Shown: positions 35,637-46,456, counted from the stretch's first letter. The stretch: DNA of 64,000 bases from an uncultured Candidatus Binatia bacterium (GCA_965242525.1 OZ251459.1:608001-672000); one strand, 5' to 3'. The notes: a model not told the origin generated them from the sequence alone. Made by a program: numbers and translations.

Positions 35637-36047
35637 ATGAAGGACGAAGCGACGAAGGCCAAAGTCGTCAAGACCGACGCGGAGTGGCGCCGGCAGCTCA
35701 CCCGCGAGCAGTTCGCGGTGACGCGCAGGAAGGCCACCGAGAGGCCGTTCACGGGCGAGTACCACGATAGCAAGGAGCCCGGGGTCTATGGGTGCGTCTG
35801 CTGCGGCGCGGAGCTCTTCGACTCATCCGCCAAGTTCGACTCGGGCACCGGGTGGCCGAGCTTCTGGGCGCCGGTGGACCCGGAGAACGTGGCCACCGAG
35901 GAGGACCGTTCCTACGGCATGCGCCGGGTCGAAGCGCTTTGCAGCGTGTGCGGCGCCCACCTGGGGCACGTGTTCGACGACGGCCCGGCGCCCACCTACC
36001 TCAGGTACTGCATCAACTCGGCGTCCCTGAAGCACGAGAAGGGTTGA
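35637..36047 (+). CDS. msrB: Peptide-methionine (R)-S-oxide reductase
   Basis: [11 protein letters not shown]; [10 protein letters not shown]; RYCINS; two CxxC. Confidence 0.96.
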   Translation: MKDEATKAKVVKTDAEWRRQLTREQFAVTRRKATERPFTGEYHDSKEPGVYGCVCCGAELFDSSAKFDSGTGWPSFWAPVDPENVATEEDRSYGMRRVEALCSVCGAHLGHVFDDGPAPTYLRYCINSASLKHEKG

Positions 36048-36098
36048 GGGCGGTGCCCGCGGGCCGCCCGGGAACAGCGATCAAGGAGGTTCGATCCC

Positions 36099-37337
36099 AT
36101 GGAAAGCAAGCAGGTGTTGGCACAACTCGACCGCGCGCATCTGGTGGAGATGACCCGCGACTTGGCGGACATCGTCACGATCACGGGCGAGGAGCAGCCG
36201 GTGGCGGAGTACCTGGGGCGCGAGTTCGAGCGCCTGGGCATGGAAGTGGAGTACCAGGAGGTGGAGGAGGGACGCCTCAACGTCGTCGGCACGTTGCGAG
36301 GGTCCGGCGATGGGCCGGTGCTGATGTTCAACGGGCACATGGACCACTTCGACAACCCCGAGCCCACCCGGGTGACCGAGGACCGGGTGTACGGCCGCGG
36401 CCTCGTGAACATGAAGTGCGCCTTCCCCTGCTACGTCACCGCGGTGGACATGCTGCGCAAGGCCGGGGCCGAGCTCAAGGGCGATGTCATCATCTCCGGC
36501 GTGGTGGGCGAGATCGAGAAGGCCCAGGTCAACCGGTTCCACGGCAAGAGCTACCGGGGCGCGGGGGTGGGGGCGCGTTACCTGATGGACCACGGGGTCG
36601 CCGCGGACATGTGCATCATCGGCGAACCCACGGGCCTGCGCATGCAGATCGGCAACGCCGGCCTGGTGTGGGCAGAGGTCACGGTGGAAGGGCCGGCCAA
36701 GACCTTCGTCATGAAGGCGCTGGAGGTGGCCAGGGCGATACAGGCGTGGGAGGCCGACTACCAGAAACAGTTCCCGCACCCGTTCATGCTCCCCACCGTC
36801 CAGATCGGCGCCATCGACGGCGGCAACCCCTTCAAGCCCGGCACCAACCCGGTGACGAAGATCTACGTCATCGTCAAGACGCTGCCGCAGGTCCCGACCA
36901 TGAAGATCCAGCGGGAGCTGGAAAAGGTCTGCGCCGCGGCGGCCGCCCGGGAAAAGGACGTCACCGCCCGGGTGAAGCTCTACCTGTCCACCGACGGCTA
37001 CGAGATCCCCAGGGACGATTACGTGGTGCAGGCCATGGGCGCGGCGCACCGGGAGGTCAACGGCAGCGACATGGAGTTCTCGGAACCGGTGCGCTACGGC
37101 ATCACCAGCGACGGCTCGCGCATCCACCAGTACGGGGTCTCGGTGATCACCTACGGCGCCGGCTTCGGCACCCACCTGGTGGACCCGGACGAGCAGGAGA
37201 CCGGCGCGGAATGGGATCGGCCTTCGGGGACCCGGCGGGGCGTGGGCATCAACAACATGGTCCGGTGCAGCAAGGTCTATGCCCTGGCGGCGCTGGACAT
37301 CTGCAGCAAGAGCCGCAGTGAGTTGGGCCTGGACTGA
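36099..37337 (+). CDS. M20 family metallopeptidase/deacylase (ArgE/DapE-like, variant motifs)
   Basis: LMFNGHMD; YGRGLVNMK; VVGEIE; IIGEPT. Confidence 0.88.
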   Translation: MESKQVLAQLDRAHLVEMTRDLADIVTITGEEQPVAEYLGREFERLGMEVEYQEVEEGRLNVVGTLRGSGDGPVLMFNGHMDHFDNPEPTRVTEDRVYGRGLVNMKCAFPCYVTAVDMLRKAGAELKGDVIISGVVGEIEKAQVNRFHGKSYRGAGVGARYLMDHGVAADMCIIGEPTGLRMQIGNAGLVWAEVTVEGPAKTFVMKALEVARAIQAWEADYQKQFPHPFMLPTVQIGAIDGGNPFKPGTNPVTKIYVIVKTLPQVPTMKIQRELEKVCAAAAAREKDVTARVKLYLSTDGYEIPRDDYVVQAMGAAHREVNGSDMEFSEPVRYGITSDGSRIHQYGVSVITYGAGFGTHLVDPDEQETGAEWDRPSGTRRGVGINNMVRCSKVYALAALDICSKSRSELGLD

Positions 37338-37429
37338 CGTCCCGGCACGGCCCGGGCGGACGCGGCGGTCCCGCGTCCCGCCCGCCTTCTCCCCATGATC
37401 CCGGCGGCGCGCCGCCGCGAGGAGGCCCC

Positions 37430-38314
37430 ATGGAGTTGAAACTCGCACACTACCGCAACCGTTTCTGCATGTACCGCACCTACTACGCCCTGGGGGCGGG
37501 GCTGGTGAGGCCCGAGGGCTTCGACATCGAGGTGGTGGAGGTGGCGGACCCGCCCAGCCACGAGCAGGAGGAGGCGCTGATCCGGGGCGACGTGGCGTTC
37601 GCCAACCTCTACCTGCCGAACTTCCTCAAGCGCAGGCTCGGAGGCGCGCCCATCGTCGGGCTGTCCACGGAATGGAAGTCCACCTCCAAGGGCAACGGCG
37701 TCTTCGTGCGCAGGGACGGTCCGGTGCGGACGCCCCGGGACCTTGCCGGCCGCCTCGTCGCGAGCCACCACTCGGACCCCCACGCCATGCACTGCTACCT
37801 CCTGCGCAAGCACTACGGGGTGGACGACTCGACCATCCGGTGGGAGTCCCATCCCCAGGAGGAGCTGCTGGGGATACTGAAGGAAGGCAGGGCCGACGCG
37901 GTGGTGCTCATCGACCAGGTGTTCTTCCACGGGGAGAACGACCCGGAAGTCCGCTGCCTGTACACGGACGGGGACGCCTGGCGGGGTCTCCACGGGCTGC
38001 CGGAGATCATCAAGCACATGCTCGCCGCCCGGGAGGACCTGCTGCGGGACCATCCGGAGTTCGCCGGACGGATGCTGGACGCGTGCCGCAAGTCCATCGC
38101 ATACAGCGACGCCCATCTCGAGGAGGTGGCCGACCGGTTCATCGAACGGTACGGCGGCCACAAGCAGGACATACTCGCCTCCGCCGGCTACCCGAAGATC
38201 GAGTTCACCTTCACGGACACGGAACGCAGGGAGGCGGAAGCCACCATGGAGATGCTGGTGGAGACCGGACGACTCGAAGGCCGCGTGGACCTGTCCGAGG
38301 CCTTCGTGGCGTGA
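37430..38314 (+). CDS. Periplasmic-binding-protein-fold protein without signal peptide (SsuA/NMT1/MqnD-like)
   Basis: VRTPRDLAGR; EGRADAVV; no N-terminal hydrophobic segment. Confidence 0.7.
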   Translation: MELKLAHYRNRFCMYRTYYALGAGLVRPEGFDIEVVEVADPPSHEQEEALIRGDVAFANLYLPNFLKRRLGGAPIVGLSTEWKSTSKGNGVFVRRDGPVRTPRDLAGRLVASHHSDPHAMHCYLLRKHYGVDDSTIRWESHPQEELLGILKEGRADAVVLIDQVFFHGENDPEVRCLYTDGDAWRGLHGLPEIIKHMLAAREDLLRDHPEFAGRMLDACRKSIAYSDAHLEEVADRFIERYGGHKQDILASAGYPKIEFTFTDTERREAEATMEMLVETGRLEGRVDLSEAFVA

Positions 38315-38396
38315 CGCGGGGGTCTTGACGGCTTTTCCCCGGCTCTATAGTGTGGGCGGCAGATCCATGTTCTCGGTTCGAACGAGGGAGGTTCGC

Positions 38397-39437
38397 ATGA
38401 GACGCTCGATTTCGAAGGCAGTGGCGCTTTCCCTGGGCGCGGCCCTGTGCCTTTCCGGCGCAGCGCTGGCGTCGAGCGCCGACCTGGTGGCCGCGGCCAA
38501 GAAGGAAGGCAAGCTGCGGCTGATCACCTTCTCCAGCTTCAAGAAGGCGGCCGAGGCTTTCCAGGAGAAGTACGGCGTCACGGTGGAGGGCACCTACCTG
38601 GGCGCGCCCGGGGTCCTCCGCAAGGTGAGCGAGGAGTCCCAGGCCGGGATCTTCGCCATCGACGTGTTCGGCACGTCCCCCGGGCCGCTGAGCGGACTCA
38701 ACCACTGGACCCTGCCGTTCGAGCCCGCGGGTTACGAGAAGGTGGCGCACCACATGGAGGCGCTCCCCAGGGAATGGAACCAGGTGCCGATCTTCATCCA
38801 CGTGGTGGGCGCTTCGTACCACAAGGACCTGATCCCGCCGGAACAGGCTCCCCGGAGCATCTACGACCTGCTCGACCCCAAGTACGAGGGCAAGATCATC
38901 TCGCGGCAGCCGTGGCTGGGCTCCAACTACCTCGTGCACATCGCGTCCTTGCAGGCATGGTTCGACGGGGACGAAGAGAAGTGGACCGACTACTGGACCA
39001 GGTTCAAGGCCAACGTGGGGCGGTACGAGCCCAAGTGGGGGCCGATGCACCAGGCGGTGGGCCTCAAGGAGTTTCCGCTGGGCATCTTCACCCTGCCGTA
39101 CACCCCCTTCACCTTCGGCCGAAGCTACCCGGGCCTGGGCTATTCGACCTTCCGGGAGCCGGCCATCTGGTGGCCCAACATGCTGGCGATCCACAAGAAC
39201 GCGCCCCATCCCAACGCCGCCAAGCTCTTCATGGAGTTCGCCATCAGCGCCGAGGGGCAGAAGCACTTCGTCAACGAGGGCCTGATCCCCGCGGACAGCT
39301 CCATGAAGCCCAGGGAGTCCCTCATCGAGGAGCTCCGGGGCGTCACGTTCTTCGCCAAGGCGCCGGAGATCATCGCGCACGAGGTGAGCAACAACAAGGA
39401 GGCGTGGACCAAGCGCATCCAGGAGCTGTACAGGTAG
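38397..39437 (+). CDS. ABC substrate-binding protein (Fe3+/thiamine/polyamine-like family)
   Basis: Signal peptide; AAKKEGKL; DLLDPKYEG; NAPHPNAAKLFMEF. Confidence 0.88.
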   Translation: MRRSISKAVALSLGAALCLSGAALASSADLVAAAKKEGKLRLITFSSFKKAAEAFQEKYGVTVEGTYLGAPGVLRKVSEESQAGIFAIDVFGTSPGPLSGLNHWTLPFEPAGYEKVAHHMEALPREWNQVPIFIHVVGASYHKDLIPPEQAPRSIYDLLDPKYEGKIISRQPWLGSNYLVHIASLQAWFDGDEEKWTDYWTRFKANVGRYEPKWGPMHQAVGLKEFPLGIFTLPYTPFTFGRSYPGLGYSTFREPAIWWPNMLAIHKNAPHPNAAKLFMEFAISAEGQKHFVNEGLIPADSSMKPRESLIEELRGVTFFAKAPEIIAHEVSNNKEAWTKRIQELYR

Positions 39438-39481
39438 CCGGCAGCCTGGAGGAGGGCGGCGCCGGAACGACGCGCAGGGTC

Positions 39482-40579
39482 ATGTTCGAGTTCTTCCCGG
39501 GGAACCGGAGCTGGTCCTTCGCGTGCATCCGGCTGCTGGCCGAAAGCTACTACGGCGGCGGCGAGTTCAACGAGATCCACCGCACGGTCCGGCGCATCCG
39601 GTCCGGCGACGCCGAGAGCTGGCACGCCGAGTGGCGCGGGACCGCGGACGGGGTCGCGGCCCAAGGCCGGGAGCACCGGTCCGGCGGCCGCCTCGAGAGC
39701 GCGCGGAAGGCGTTCTTCCGGGCTTCCAACTACTACCGCGTGGCCGAGTTCCTGCTGCCGTTCACCGACCCCCGGAAGGTCCCCACCTATCGCGCGTCCG
39801 CGGAGAGCTTCCACGCCGCGGTGGACCTGTCGCCCGGCATCGAGCGGGTGGAGGTGCCCTACGAGGACGCCTCCATGCCCGGCTACTTCTTCCACGCCCC
39901 GGCGGGCGCGGAGAAGCCGCCGGTGCTCATCTTCACCGGAGGCGCCGACTCCACCGCGGAAGAGGTCTCCTTCGTGGGCGCGCCCGAGGCGGCCCGGCGC
40001 GGCATTGCCTGCCTCATCGTGGACGGGCCCGGACGCGGCGCAATGCTCCGGCTGCGCAACCGCCTGGCGATCCCCGACTTCGAGCGGCCGGTATCGGCCA
40101 TGGTGGACTACTTGGAGACCCGCGCCGACGTGGACGCGAGCCGCATCGCCCTCATGGGCATGAGCATGGGGGGCTACTACGTGACCCGCGCCGCGGCCTA
40201 CGAGAAGCGGGTCAACGCCTGCGTCTCCCACTTCGGCCCCTACGACTGCTACCGGGACATCTACGAGTTCTACGAGCCCCTGAGGGAGCAGTTCCGCTGG
40301 ATCACCGGAGCCGGCGACCACCGCGAGGTCCGGCAACGCCTGGGCCGGTTCACCCTCGCCGGCAGCATCGAGAAGGTCGAGTGCCCGCTGCTGATCCTCC
40401 ACGGCGAGGACGACATCATCACCGACCCGCGCTGCGCCCTCCAGACCTACGAAGAAGCCCGGTGCGAGAAGGAACTCCGGTTCCTCCGTTCCGGCGAGCC
40501 CGGCGCGGTCCACTGCTCCTACGACCACCACGCCGAGATCTTCCCCTTCATGCACGACTGGGTGGCGGCCCGGATCTGA
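39482..40579 (+). CDS. Alpha/beta hydrolase (FrsA / dihydroxypseudooxynicotine hydrolase-like)
   Basis: RASNYYRVAEF; GGADSTAEE; DGPG; GMSMGGYY; GAVHC. Confidence 0.88.
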   Translation: MFEFFPGNRSWSFACIRLLAESYYGGGEFNEIHRTVRRIRSGDAESWHAEWRGTADGVAAQGREHRSGGRLESARKAFFRASNYYRVAEFLLPFTDPRKVPTYRASAESFHAAVDLSPGIERVEVPYEDASMPGYFFHAPAGAEKPPVLIFTGGADSTAEEVSFVGAPEAARRGIACLIVDGPGRGAMLRLRNRLAIPDFERPVSAMVDYLETRADVDASRIALMGMSMGGYYVTRAAAYEKRVNACVSHFGPYDCYRDIYEFYEPLREQFRWITGAGDHREVRQRLGRFTLAGSIEKVECPLLILHGEDDIITDPRCALQTYEEARCEKELRFLRSGEPGAVHCSYDHHAEIFPFMHDWVAARI

Positions 40580-40625
40580 GCGGGCCGGGGCGGCGGCTCA
40601 AGCCCGGCTCTTCACGCCCGGCTCC

Positions 40626-42308
40626 TCAAGCCGTTTCCCGCCGCGACACCAGCAGGTGCAGCCCCAGGGACAGGGCCAGCATCAGCACGCCGATGACCGC
40701 GCCCACGCCGAAGGATCCCTCGTCGAAGGCGCGCTGGAACAGCAGGGTGGAGAGCACCTCGTTGCCGTAGGTGAACAGGATGACGGCGCCGGCGAACTCC
40801 CGCAGGTAGATCTGGAACAGCAGGATCCACACCGAGAACAGCCCGCCGCGCAGGAACGGGACGACGATGCGCGCGACCGTGCCCAGGGCGCTCGCGCCCG
40901 AGGTCCAGGACGCTTCCTCGAACTCCCGGTGGAACTGGAACAGGAACGGGCTCAGGGTCCGCAGCGCGAACGGCAGGTAGTTGCCGATGAAGTAGAGCAG
41001 CAGGATCCACAGGGTGCCGTACACCGGGGTGCGGATGTAGGCCCACACGAAGCCCACCGCCAGGATGGTGCCGGGGAAGGCCAGGGGCAGCATGGCGGCC
41101 GCCTCGATGGGGCCCTTGAGCTTGACGCCGCTGCGCACCAGCAGGTAGCCGACCCCCAGGGCGATGGCCACCGTGGCGGTGGCCCCGGCGAAGCACAGGA
41201 CCAGGGTGTTCCCCAGCGCGCGCCAGAACACCACGTCCCCCAGGGCCGCGTTCCAGTGGTCGAGGGTGAGTTGGGTGAGCATGCGCAGGCTGGGGGAGGC
41301 CACGAACCGGGAGAAGGAGAGCAGCACGATCACCAGCGCCGGGAGCACGACCACCACCGCGAAGTAGAGCGAGCAGCACGCGAGAGCTACGTAGCGCCAC
41401 CGGCCCAGGCGGTGGACGTTCTCGGGCCGGGCCTTGCCGGTGACGGTGACGAAGCTCTCCGCGCGCCTTACCAGGTGGCGGTAGAGGAGCAGCGAGAGCA
41501 GGCTCAGGGGGATCACCATCATGGCCAGGGCCGCGGCGGTGTTGTAGTAGATCAGCGACTGGTAGTCCGAGGCGATGATGTTGAAGATGGCGGAGGTGAA
41601 GACGAAGATGCCGCCGGGCGCGCCGATGAGGATCGGCACCTCCAGGGTGATGAGCCCGATGACGAACACCAGCAGGAACGAGGACAGGATCAGCGGCCGC
41701 AGCACCGGCAGGGTCACCCGGCGGAGGGTTCCCATGACCGTGTTGCCGCAGGCGATGGACTGCTCTTCCAGCGACGGGTCCATGAGCCGGAAGGCGTTCA
41801 GGGCGATGAGGAACACGATGGGGGACTCGTAGAGCACCATGAGGAAGACCATCCCCGGGAACGAGTAGAGGTTGAACAGGTTGGCCCCGAAGGTCTCCCG
41901 GAACAGGACGTTGAGGACGCCGATGCGCGGGCTCAGGAGCAGGATCCAGGCCAGCGCCGCGATGATCACCGGAAAGGCCCGGGGGACGATCCCCAGCTTG
42001 GCGAAGACGTTGCCGCAGGGCATGTCGGTGCGCGTCGCCAGGAACGCCATGGTGACCCCCAGCACCACGGAGATGGCGGCTGTGGCCAGGGCGAAGACCA
42101 GCGAGTTGAACACCAGCGTGGGGATGTCCGCGGGGATGCGGATGGCGAGGGCCCGGGCCCAGTTGTCCAGGGTGACGTGCCCCGCGGCCACGGGCGAGGC
42201 GGACCAGAAGCTGCCGAACACCAGGGCCAGCACCGGAACCAGGATGACGAAACCGATGACCGCCATCAGGATGGCGTACACGGCTCTCATGGCGTTCTCG
42301 GTGTGCAT
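40626..42308 (-). CDS. ABC transporter permease, two fused domains (FbpB-like)
   Basis: TDMP; MDPSLEEQ and EFEEAS (EAA-like loops); TVTGK. Confidence 0.9.
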   Translation of the reverse strand: MHTENAMRAVYAILMAVIGFVILVPVLALVFGSFWSASPVAAGHVTLDNWARALAIRIPADIPTLVFNSLVFALATAAISVVLGVTMAFLATRTDMPCGNVFAKLGIVPRAFPVIIAALAWILLLSPRIGVLNVLFRETFGANLFNLYSFPGMVFLMVLYESPIVFLIALNAFRLMDPSLEEQSIACGNTVMGTLRRVTLPVLRPLILSSFLLVFVIGLITLEVPILIGAPGGIFVFTSAIFNIIASDYQSLIYYNTAAALAMMVIPLSLLSLLLYRHLVRRAESFVTVTGKARPENVHRLGRWRYVALACCSLYFAVVVVLPALVIVLLSFSRFVASPSLRMLTQLTLDHWNAALGDVVFWRALGNTLVLCFAGATATVAIALGVGYLLVRSGVKLKGPIEAAAMLPLAFPGTILAVGFVWAYIRTPVYGTLWILLLYFIGNYLPFALRTLSPFLFQFHREFEEASWTSGASALGTVARIVVPFLRGGLFSVWILLFQIYLREFAGAVILFTYGNEVLSTLLFQRAFDEGSFGVGAVIGVLMLALSLGLHLLVSRRETA

Positions 42309-42397
42309 GGCCTTGGGTCTCCGTACCGTGCCGCGGGTCCCGGACGCGGGCGTGCGCAGGAGGAAGGGTCGGCCCGAGGTTGCGCCTCCCGGCGCGG

Positions 42398-43126
42398 CTA
42401 CGGCGTCCGCAGCAGGAAGGTCTGTCCGGTAACGAAGCGCGCCGCGTCGGAGACGAGGTAGCGCACCAGGCCGGTGATCTCGTCCTTCTGCGTAAGCCCG
42501 CCCTGCAAGGGGTCTTCGCCCTCGATGGCCTGCCACTGCTCTTCGGTGTAGCCGGCCCGGGCCATGGGCGTCTCGGTGCGTCCGGGACAGATGTTGTTCA
42601 CGAGGATGTGGTCCGGGGCCACCTCCACGGCCATGGACTTGGTGAAGCCGATGACGCCGGCCTTGGAGGCGGCGTAGTGCGCCGAGTTGGGCGCGCCGGC
42701 AATGCCGCGCCCGGACGCGACGTTGAGTATGCGCCCCTGCTTGCGCGGGCGCATGGCCGCGGCCGCGGCCTGGCAACAGAGGAAGATCCCCCGCAGGTTG
42801 ACCCGGATGACCCGGTCCCACTCGTCCTCGGACATGTCGGCCACGGGGAAACGGCCCATGAGGCCCGCGGTGTTGATCTGGTGGTCGAGCTTGCCGTAGG
42901 CCTGCACGGCCCGGTCGATCATGGCTTGGACGCTCTGCTTGTCGCCCACGTCCACGCCCACGGCCAGGGCCTCCCCGCCCCGGGACTTGAGCTCCGCGGC
43001 CAGGGTCTCCGCCTGGTCCTGCCGGAAGTCGGCCACCACCACTTGAAACCCGTCTTCGGCGAGGGCTGCGCAGATGGACGATCCCAGGCCGCCCGCCCCT
43101 CCGGTCACGATAGCTGTTCCCGCCAT
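42398..43126 (-). CDS. Short-chain dehydrogenase/reductase
   Basis: TGGAGGLG; YAASK; ICPG; TGQ. Confidence 0.93.
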   Translation of the reverse strand: MAGTAIVTGGAGGLGSSICAALAEDGFQVVVADFRQDQAETLAAELKSRGGEALAVGVDVGDKQSVQAMIDRAVQAYGKLDHQINTAGLMGRFPVADMSEDEWDRVIRVNLRGIFLCCQAAAAAMRPRKQGRILNVASGRGIAGAPNSAHYAASKAGVIGFTKSMAVEVAPDHILVNNICPGRTETPMARAGYTEEQWQAIEGEDPLQGGLTQKDEITGLVRYLVSDAARFVTGQTFLLRTP

Positions 43127-43313
43127 GTGCTGTTCCTCCTCGGTTGCGGTTCGGTTGCAAGGTTCGTCTTGCGCGCGCCCCGGGCCCGGGTCGATGGCGC
43201 CCTTGGAGGGCGGCGTCCCGGGTCCCCTCCCGCGGGCGCTTCCCCTGCGCGCTCCCGCGGCCAGCCGATGCCATATCCCGGCGGATGCGGAAAAGCAAGC
43301 AAGGGCGCGGCTC

Positions 43314-44627
43314 TCAACCGCCCGCGGACTTGCGGTACTCGGCGAAGGCGGCCTCCCAGCCTCCGCGGGAAAGGCGCCACAGGTTGGCGGTGAAGCGCTG
43401 GACCATGAACAGGCTGAACCCCGCCCAGACCCCGAACAGGCCGAGCTCCAGCAGGAAGGCGGCGCCGGTGGCCGGGACGAACAGCAGCAGGCCGCCGGAG
43501 AGCATGGCCCACATGAGGAAGCGGGTGTCGTGGGCGCCCATGAGGAAGCCGTCGAGGGCGAACACGACGCCGTTCAGGGGTTGCAGCGCCGCGAGCAGCA
43601 GGAACGCCTCGGTGCGCGCCAGCTCCGTCACCGCGGCGGAGTCGGTGAAGATCCCCAGCAGCGGCTGCTGGAACGCCAGGTAGGCCGCGCCGAAGACCGC
43701 GCCGCCGGCGCCGCCCCAGACCGCGAGCAGCCGTCCGAGGCGCCGGGCGCGCGCCGGGTCGTTGGCGCCCAGGCGCCGCGCCACCAGCGTCTGTCCGGCC
43801 ACGGCCAGTCCGTCGATGGTGTCGGAGCAGAAGAGGAAGAGCTGGAAGACGATCTCGTAGGCCGCCAGATAGACCGGCCCCATGCGCGCCACCATGGCGG
43901 TGGCGAACACCAGCGACAGGCGGAGACCCGCGGTGCGTACGGCAAGGTCCCCGGCGATCCGGGAGAGGTTGCGGAAACCGTCCGGGCGCAGGCGCCCCCG
44001 GCCCAGCCGGTAGGGGGCGGTGCGGCGGGAGAAGAACAGCAGCCCCAGGTACACGGCCACGCCCAGGCCGTGGGCCGCCACCGAGGCCATGGCCGCGCCC
44101 CGGAGGCCGAAGGCGGGGAAACCGAGTTTGCCGTAGATCAGCGCGTAGTCCAGGGCCACGTTGACTCCGCTCATGAGGAAGGCCACGAGCATGGGCGTAA
44201 CCGTGTCCTGCACCCCGCGCAGGAATCCTGCCGCGGCGTAGATGCAGAACAGCATGGGGACCGCGGCGCAGCGGATGCGGAAGTAGGGGACGCCCTGCTC
44301 GGCAACGGCCGGGCCGGCGCCCATGACGGCGTACAGCTCGGGGGCAAACAGGAAGCAGAGGGAGGCCGCCAGCAGCCCGCCGGCCAGGGCCAGGGCGAGG
44401 GCGTGCCGGAAGATGTCGCCGCAGCCCGGGAAGTTCCGCGAGCCGTACTGGCTCGCCACAAGGCTGGTGGTGCCGAAGATGAGGAACGCGAAGATCCAGT
44501 TCACCGCGCCCATGAGGCCCGTGGCCACGGCCTTGGCCGCCAGGGGCTCCACCCCCAGGCGGCCGATCATGGCGGTGTCGGCAATGTTCAGCACCGGCTC
44601 GCTGGCGATGGCCAGCGAGGCCGGCAC
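43314..44627 (-). CDS. MATE family efflux transporter (DinF-like)
   Basis: EPVLNIADTAMIGRLG; GFLRGVQDT; DGLAVAGQ; true start may be further upstream. Confidence 0.9.
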   Translation of the reverse strand: MPASLAIASEPVLNIADTAMIGRLGVEPLAAKAVATGLMGAVNWIFAFLIFGTTSLVASQYGSRNFPGCGDIFRHALALALAGGLLAASLCFLFAPELYAVMGAGPAVAEQGVPYFRIRCAAVPMLFCIYAAAGFLRGVQDTVTPMLVAFLMSGVNVALDYALIYGKLGFPAFGLRGAAMASVAAHGLGVAVYLGLLFFSRRTAPYRLGRGRLRPDGFRNLSRIAGDLAVRTAGLRLSLVFATAMVARMGPVYLAAYEIVFQLFLFCSDTIDGLAVAGQTLVARRLGANDPARARRLGRLLAVWGGAGGAVFGAAYLAFQQPLLGIFTDSAAVTELARTEAFLLLAALQPLNGVVFALDGFLMGAHDTRFLMWAMLSGGLLLFVPATGAAFLLELGLFGVWAGFSLFMVQRFTANLWRLSRGGWEAAFAEYRKSAGG

Positions 44628-44682
44628 CGCGAGTCGCAGCAGGTCCCGGGCGTCCGAGGCCCGGGCCGCGGGCGCGGCGGGG

Positions 44683-45087
44683 TCAGGAATGGCGCGGACC
44701 GCCTTGAGGGTGGATGCGGACGGTGGCGGTGGCGCGGTCGAAGCGCCGGCGCAGCCATCGCTTGAACGCGGTCCGCGTCAGGGGAACGAGCAGCAGGAAG
44801 CCGCACGCGTCCGTGAGTATCCCCGGGGTGATGAGCAGCAGTCCCGCCACCAGTATGATCACCCCGTCCATCATCTCCTCTGCGGGGACCACGCCCCGGT
44901 TGAGGTTCCGGTGGATCTGGCCCAGGGTCCGGAGCCCTTCCAGCCGCGCGAGGAAGGCGCCCAACATCCCGGTGCCGAGCACCAGCAGCACGGTGTTCAG
45001 CGCTCCCAGCACCGAGCCCACCTCGATGAGGAGGTAGAGTTCCACCAGAGGGACCGCGGTGAACAGCAGCAGGAGTCGCGCAAACAT
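44683..45087 (-). CDS. fxsA: FxsA family protein
   Basis: VPLVELYLLIEVG; LLITPGILTD. Confidence 0.9.
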   Translation of the reverse strand: MFARLLLLFTAVPLVELYLLIEVGSVLGALNTVLLVLGTGMLGAFLARLEGLRTLGQIHRNLNRGVVPAEEMMDGVIILVAGLLLITPGILTDACGFLLLVPLTRTAFKRWLRRRFDRATATVRIHPQGGPRHS

Positions 45088-45277
45088 GGCGTCGGGGAGG
45101 GACGTCCGGGCCGGACGCCGCCCCAAGGCATTGGCGGCATCCGCACGCTCGGCAACACGTCCCGGAGGCGCTCCACCGCGGGGCAGCCCCCGCGCATTCG
45201 GCAACACGCGCGGACCCGTGCGGACCCGCGTCGTCCACGGGCGATCATAGGGGAGGGCAGGGGAGATTGCAATTCGC

Positions 45278-45827
45278 GGCGCTTCCGGGTTCGTGTGGGT
45301 TGTGGCGCTCCCGGCCCACGCGATGAGGTCCGATCAGGGCAGGGAATCGCAGCCGTCCCGCCCCGTCATTCCCGCGCAAGCATGTGCATGTCCTCGCGGA
45401 AGCGGGGGCGGGAGTCCGGAAGAGGGAATCGCAGCCGCCACACTCCGTCATTCCCGCGAAAGCGGGAATCCATCCATTCTTGTCCCATCGAGTGGACCGA
45501 GGAGAGGAACCTCTGAACAATCGAGACATGGAGCATGGATTCCCTCACCCTGACCCCTATCCCCGTTCGTCCTGAGCGTAGCGAAGCGGAGTCGAAGGAC
45601 GCGCTCATGCTTCCTGTCCGCTGTCCGGATTGTTCAGAGGTTCCGAAACTGGATTCCCGCTTTCGCGGGAATGACGGAGTGTGGGCGTCAGCGGGAATGA
45701 CGGAGGCGGGGCGTCGTCCCGAACCATCCCGGCCGATCTCACCAAATCCCGGTGTGGGCGTCAGCGGGAATGACGAGGTGCGGGCGGCCGCGGGAAGTCG
45801 GGGTGCGGGTGTCTGCGGGAATGACGT
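45278..45827. mobile_element. Composite repeat region: GGC-type left end, dRS3-like hairpins, nested MITE, half-site array
   Basis: GGCGCTTCCGGGTTCGTGTGGGT at 45278; hairpins near 45365 and 45447; inverted hairpin at 45650 followed by GCGGGAATGAC units. Confidence 0.75.
45506..45644 (+). mobile_element. GGAA-ended MITE with REP-A core
   Basis: TIR GGAACCTCTGAACAATC / GATTGTTCAGAGGTTCC (17 bp perfect); flanks GAGA and GAAA. Confidence 0.85.
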
Positions 45828-45847
45828 GGGTTGGGCGAGTTGCGGAC

Positions 45848-45876
45848 TTGAAAGGCGGTGTGCGGTGGTCTATCCT
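45848..45876 (+). promoter_or_regulatory. Putative sigma70 promoter for nuoB
   Basis: TTGAAA-17bp-TATCCT. Confidence 0.45.
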
Positions 45877-45929
45877 GACGGGACTGCCGCTTGGCGGCGT
45901 TCTTCAGCCAGTTCAGCCAGGAGGTTCCG

Positions 45930-46430
45930 ATGCCGATTACCAACAGCCTTCCCGAGACGGTCTTCACCACCCGGGTCGACGACCTGTTGAACTGGGGCCG
46001 GGCGTCGTCCCAGTGGTACATGTTGTTCGGCCTGGCCTGTTGCGCCATCGAGCTGATGCAGACCGGCGGGCCCCGGGCGGACCTGGACCGCTTCGGGTGC
46101 GTGCCCCGGGCCACTCCGCGCCAGTCGGACCTGATGATCGTGGCCGGGACGCTGACCTACAAGATGGCCAAGCGCACGCGGCTGCTCTACGACCAGATGC
46201 CCGACCCCAAGTACGTGATCTCCATGGGAAGCTGCTCCAACTGCGGCGGCCTGTTCCAGATGGCCTATTCCGTGTGCAAGGGGGTGGACAAGATCGTGCC
46301 GGTGGACGTGTACGTGCCGGGGTGTCCGCCGCGCCCCGAGGCGCTCACCGAAGGCCTGCTGCGGATCCAGGACAAGGTGATGCGCGAGCGGTGGCTGGTC
46401 AAGGGGTCGGCGGCGGCCGCGGCTCGCTGA
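45930..46430 (+). CDS. nuoB: NADH-quinone oxidoreductase subunit B
   Basis: FGLACCAIE; [11 protein letters not shown]; SMGSC; PGCPPRPE. Confidence 0.95.
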   Translation: MPITNSLPETVFTTRVDDLLNWGRASSQWYMLFGLACCAIELMQTGGPRADLDRFGCVPRATPRQSDLMIVAGTLTYKMAKRTRLLYDQMPDPKYVISMGSCSNCGGLFQMAYSVCKGVDKIVPVDVYVPGCPPRPEALTEGLLRIQDKVMRERWLVKGSAAAAAR

Positions 46431-46456
46431 CCTTGAGATCTCAAGGGAGGAATCGC

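Noticed and set aside
35637-36047. MsrB as a selenoprotein
   Set aside because: The catalytic residue is Cys (RYCINS) and there is no in-frame UGA
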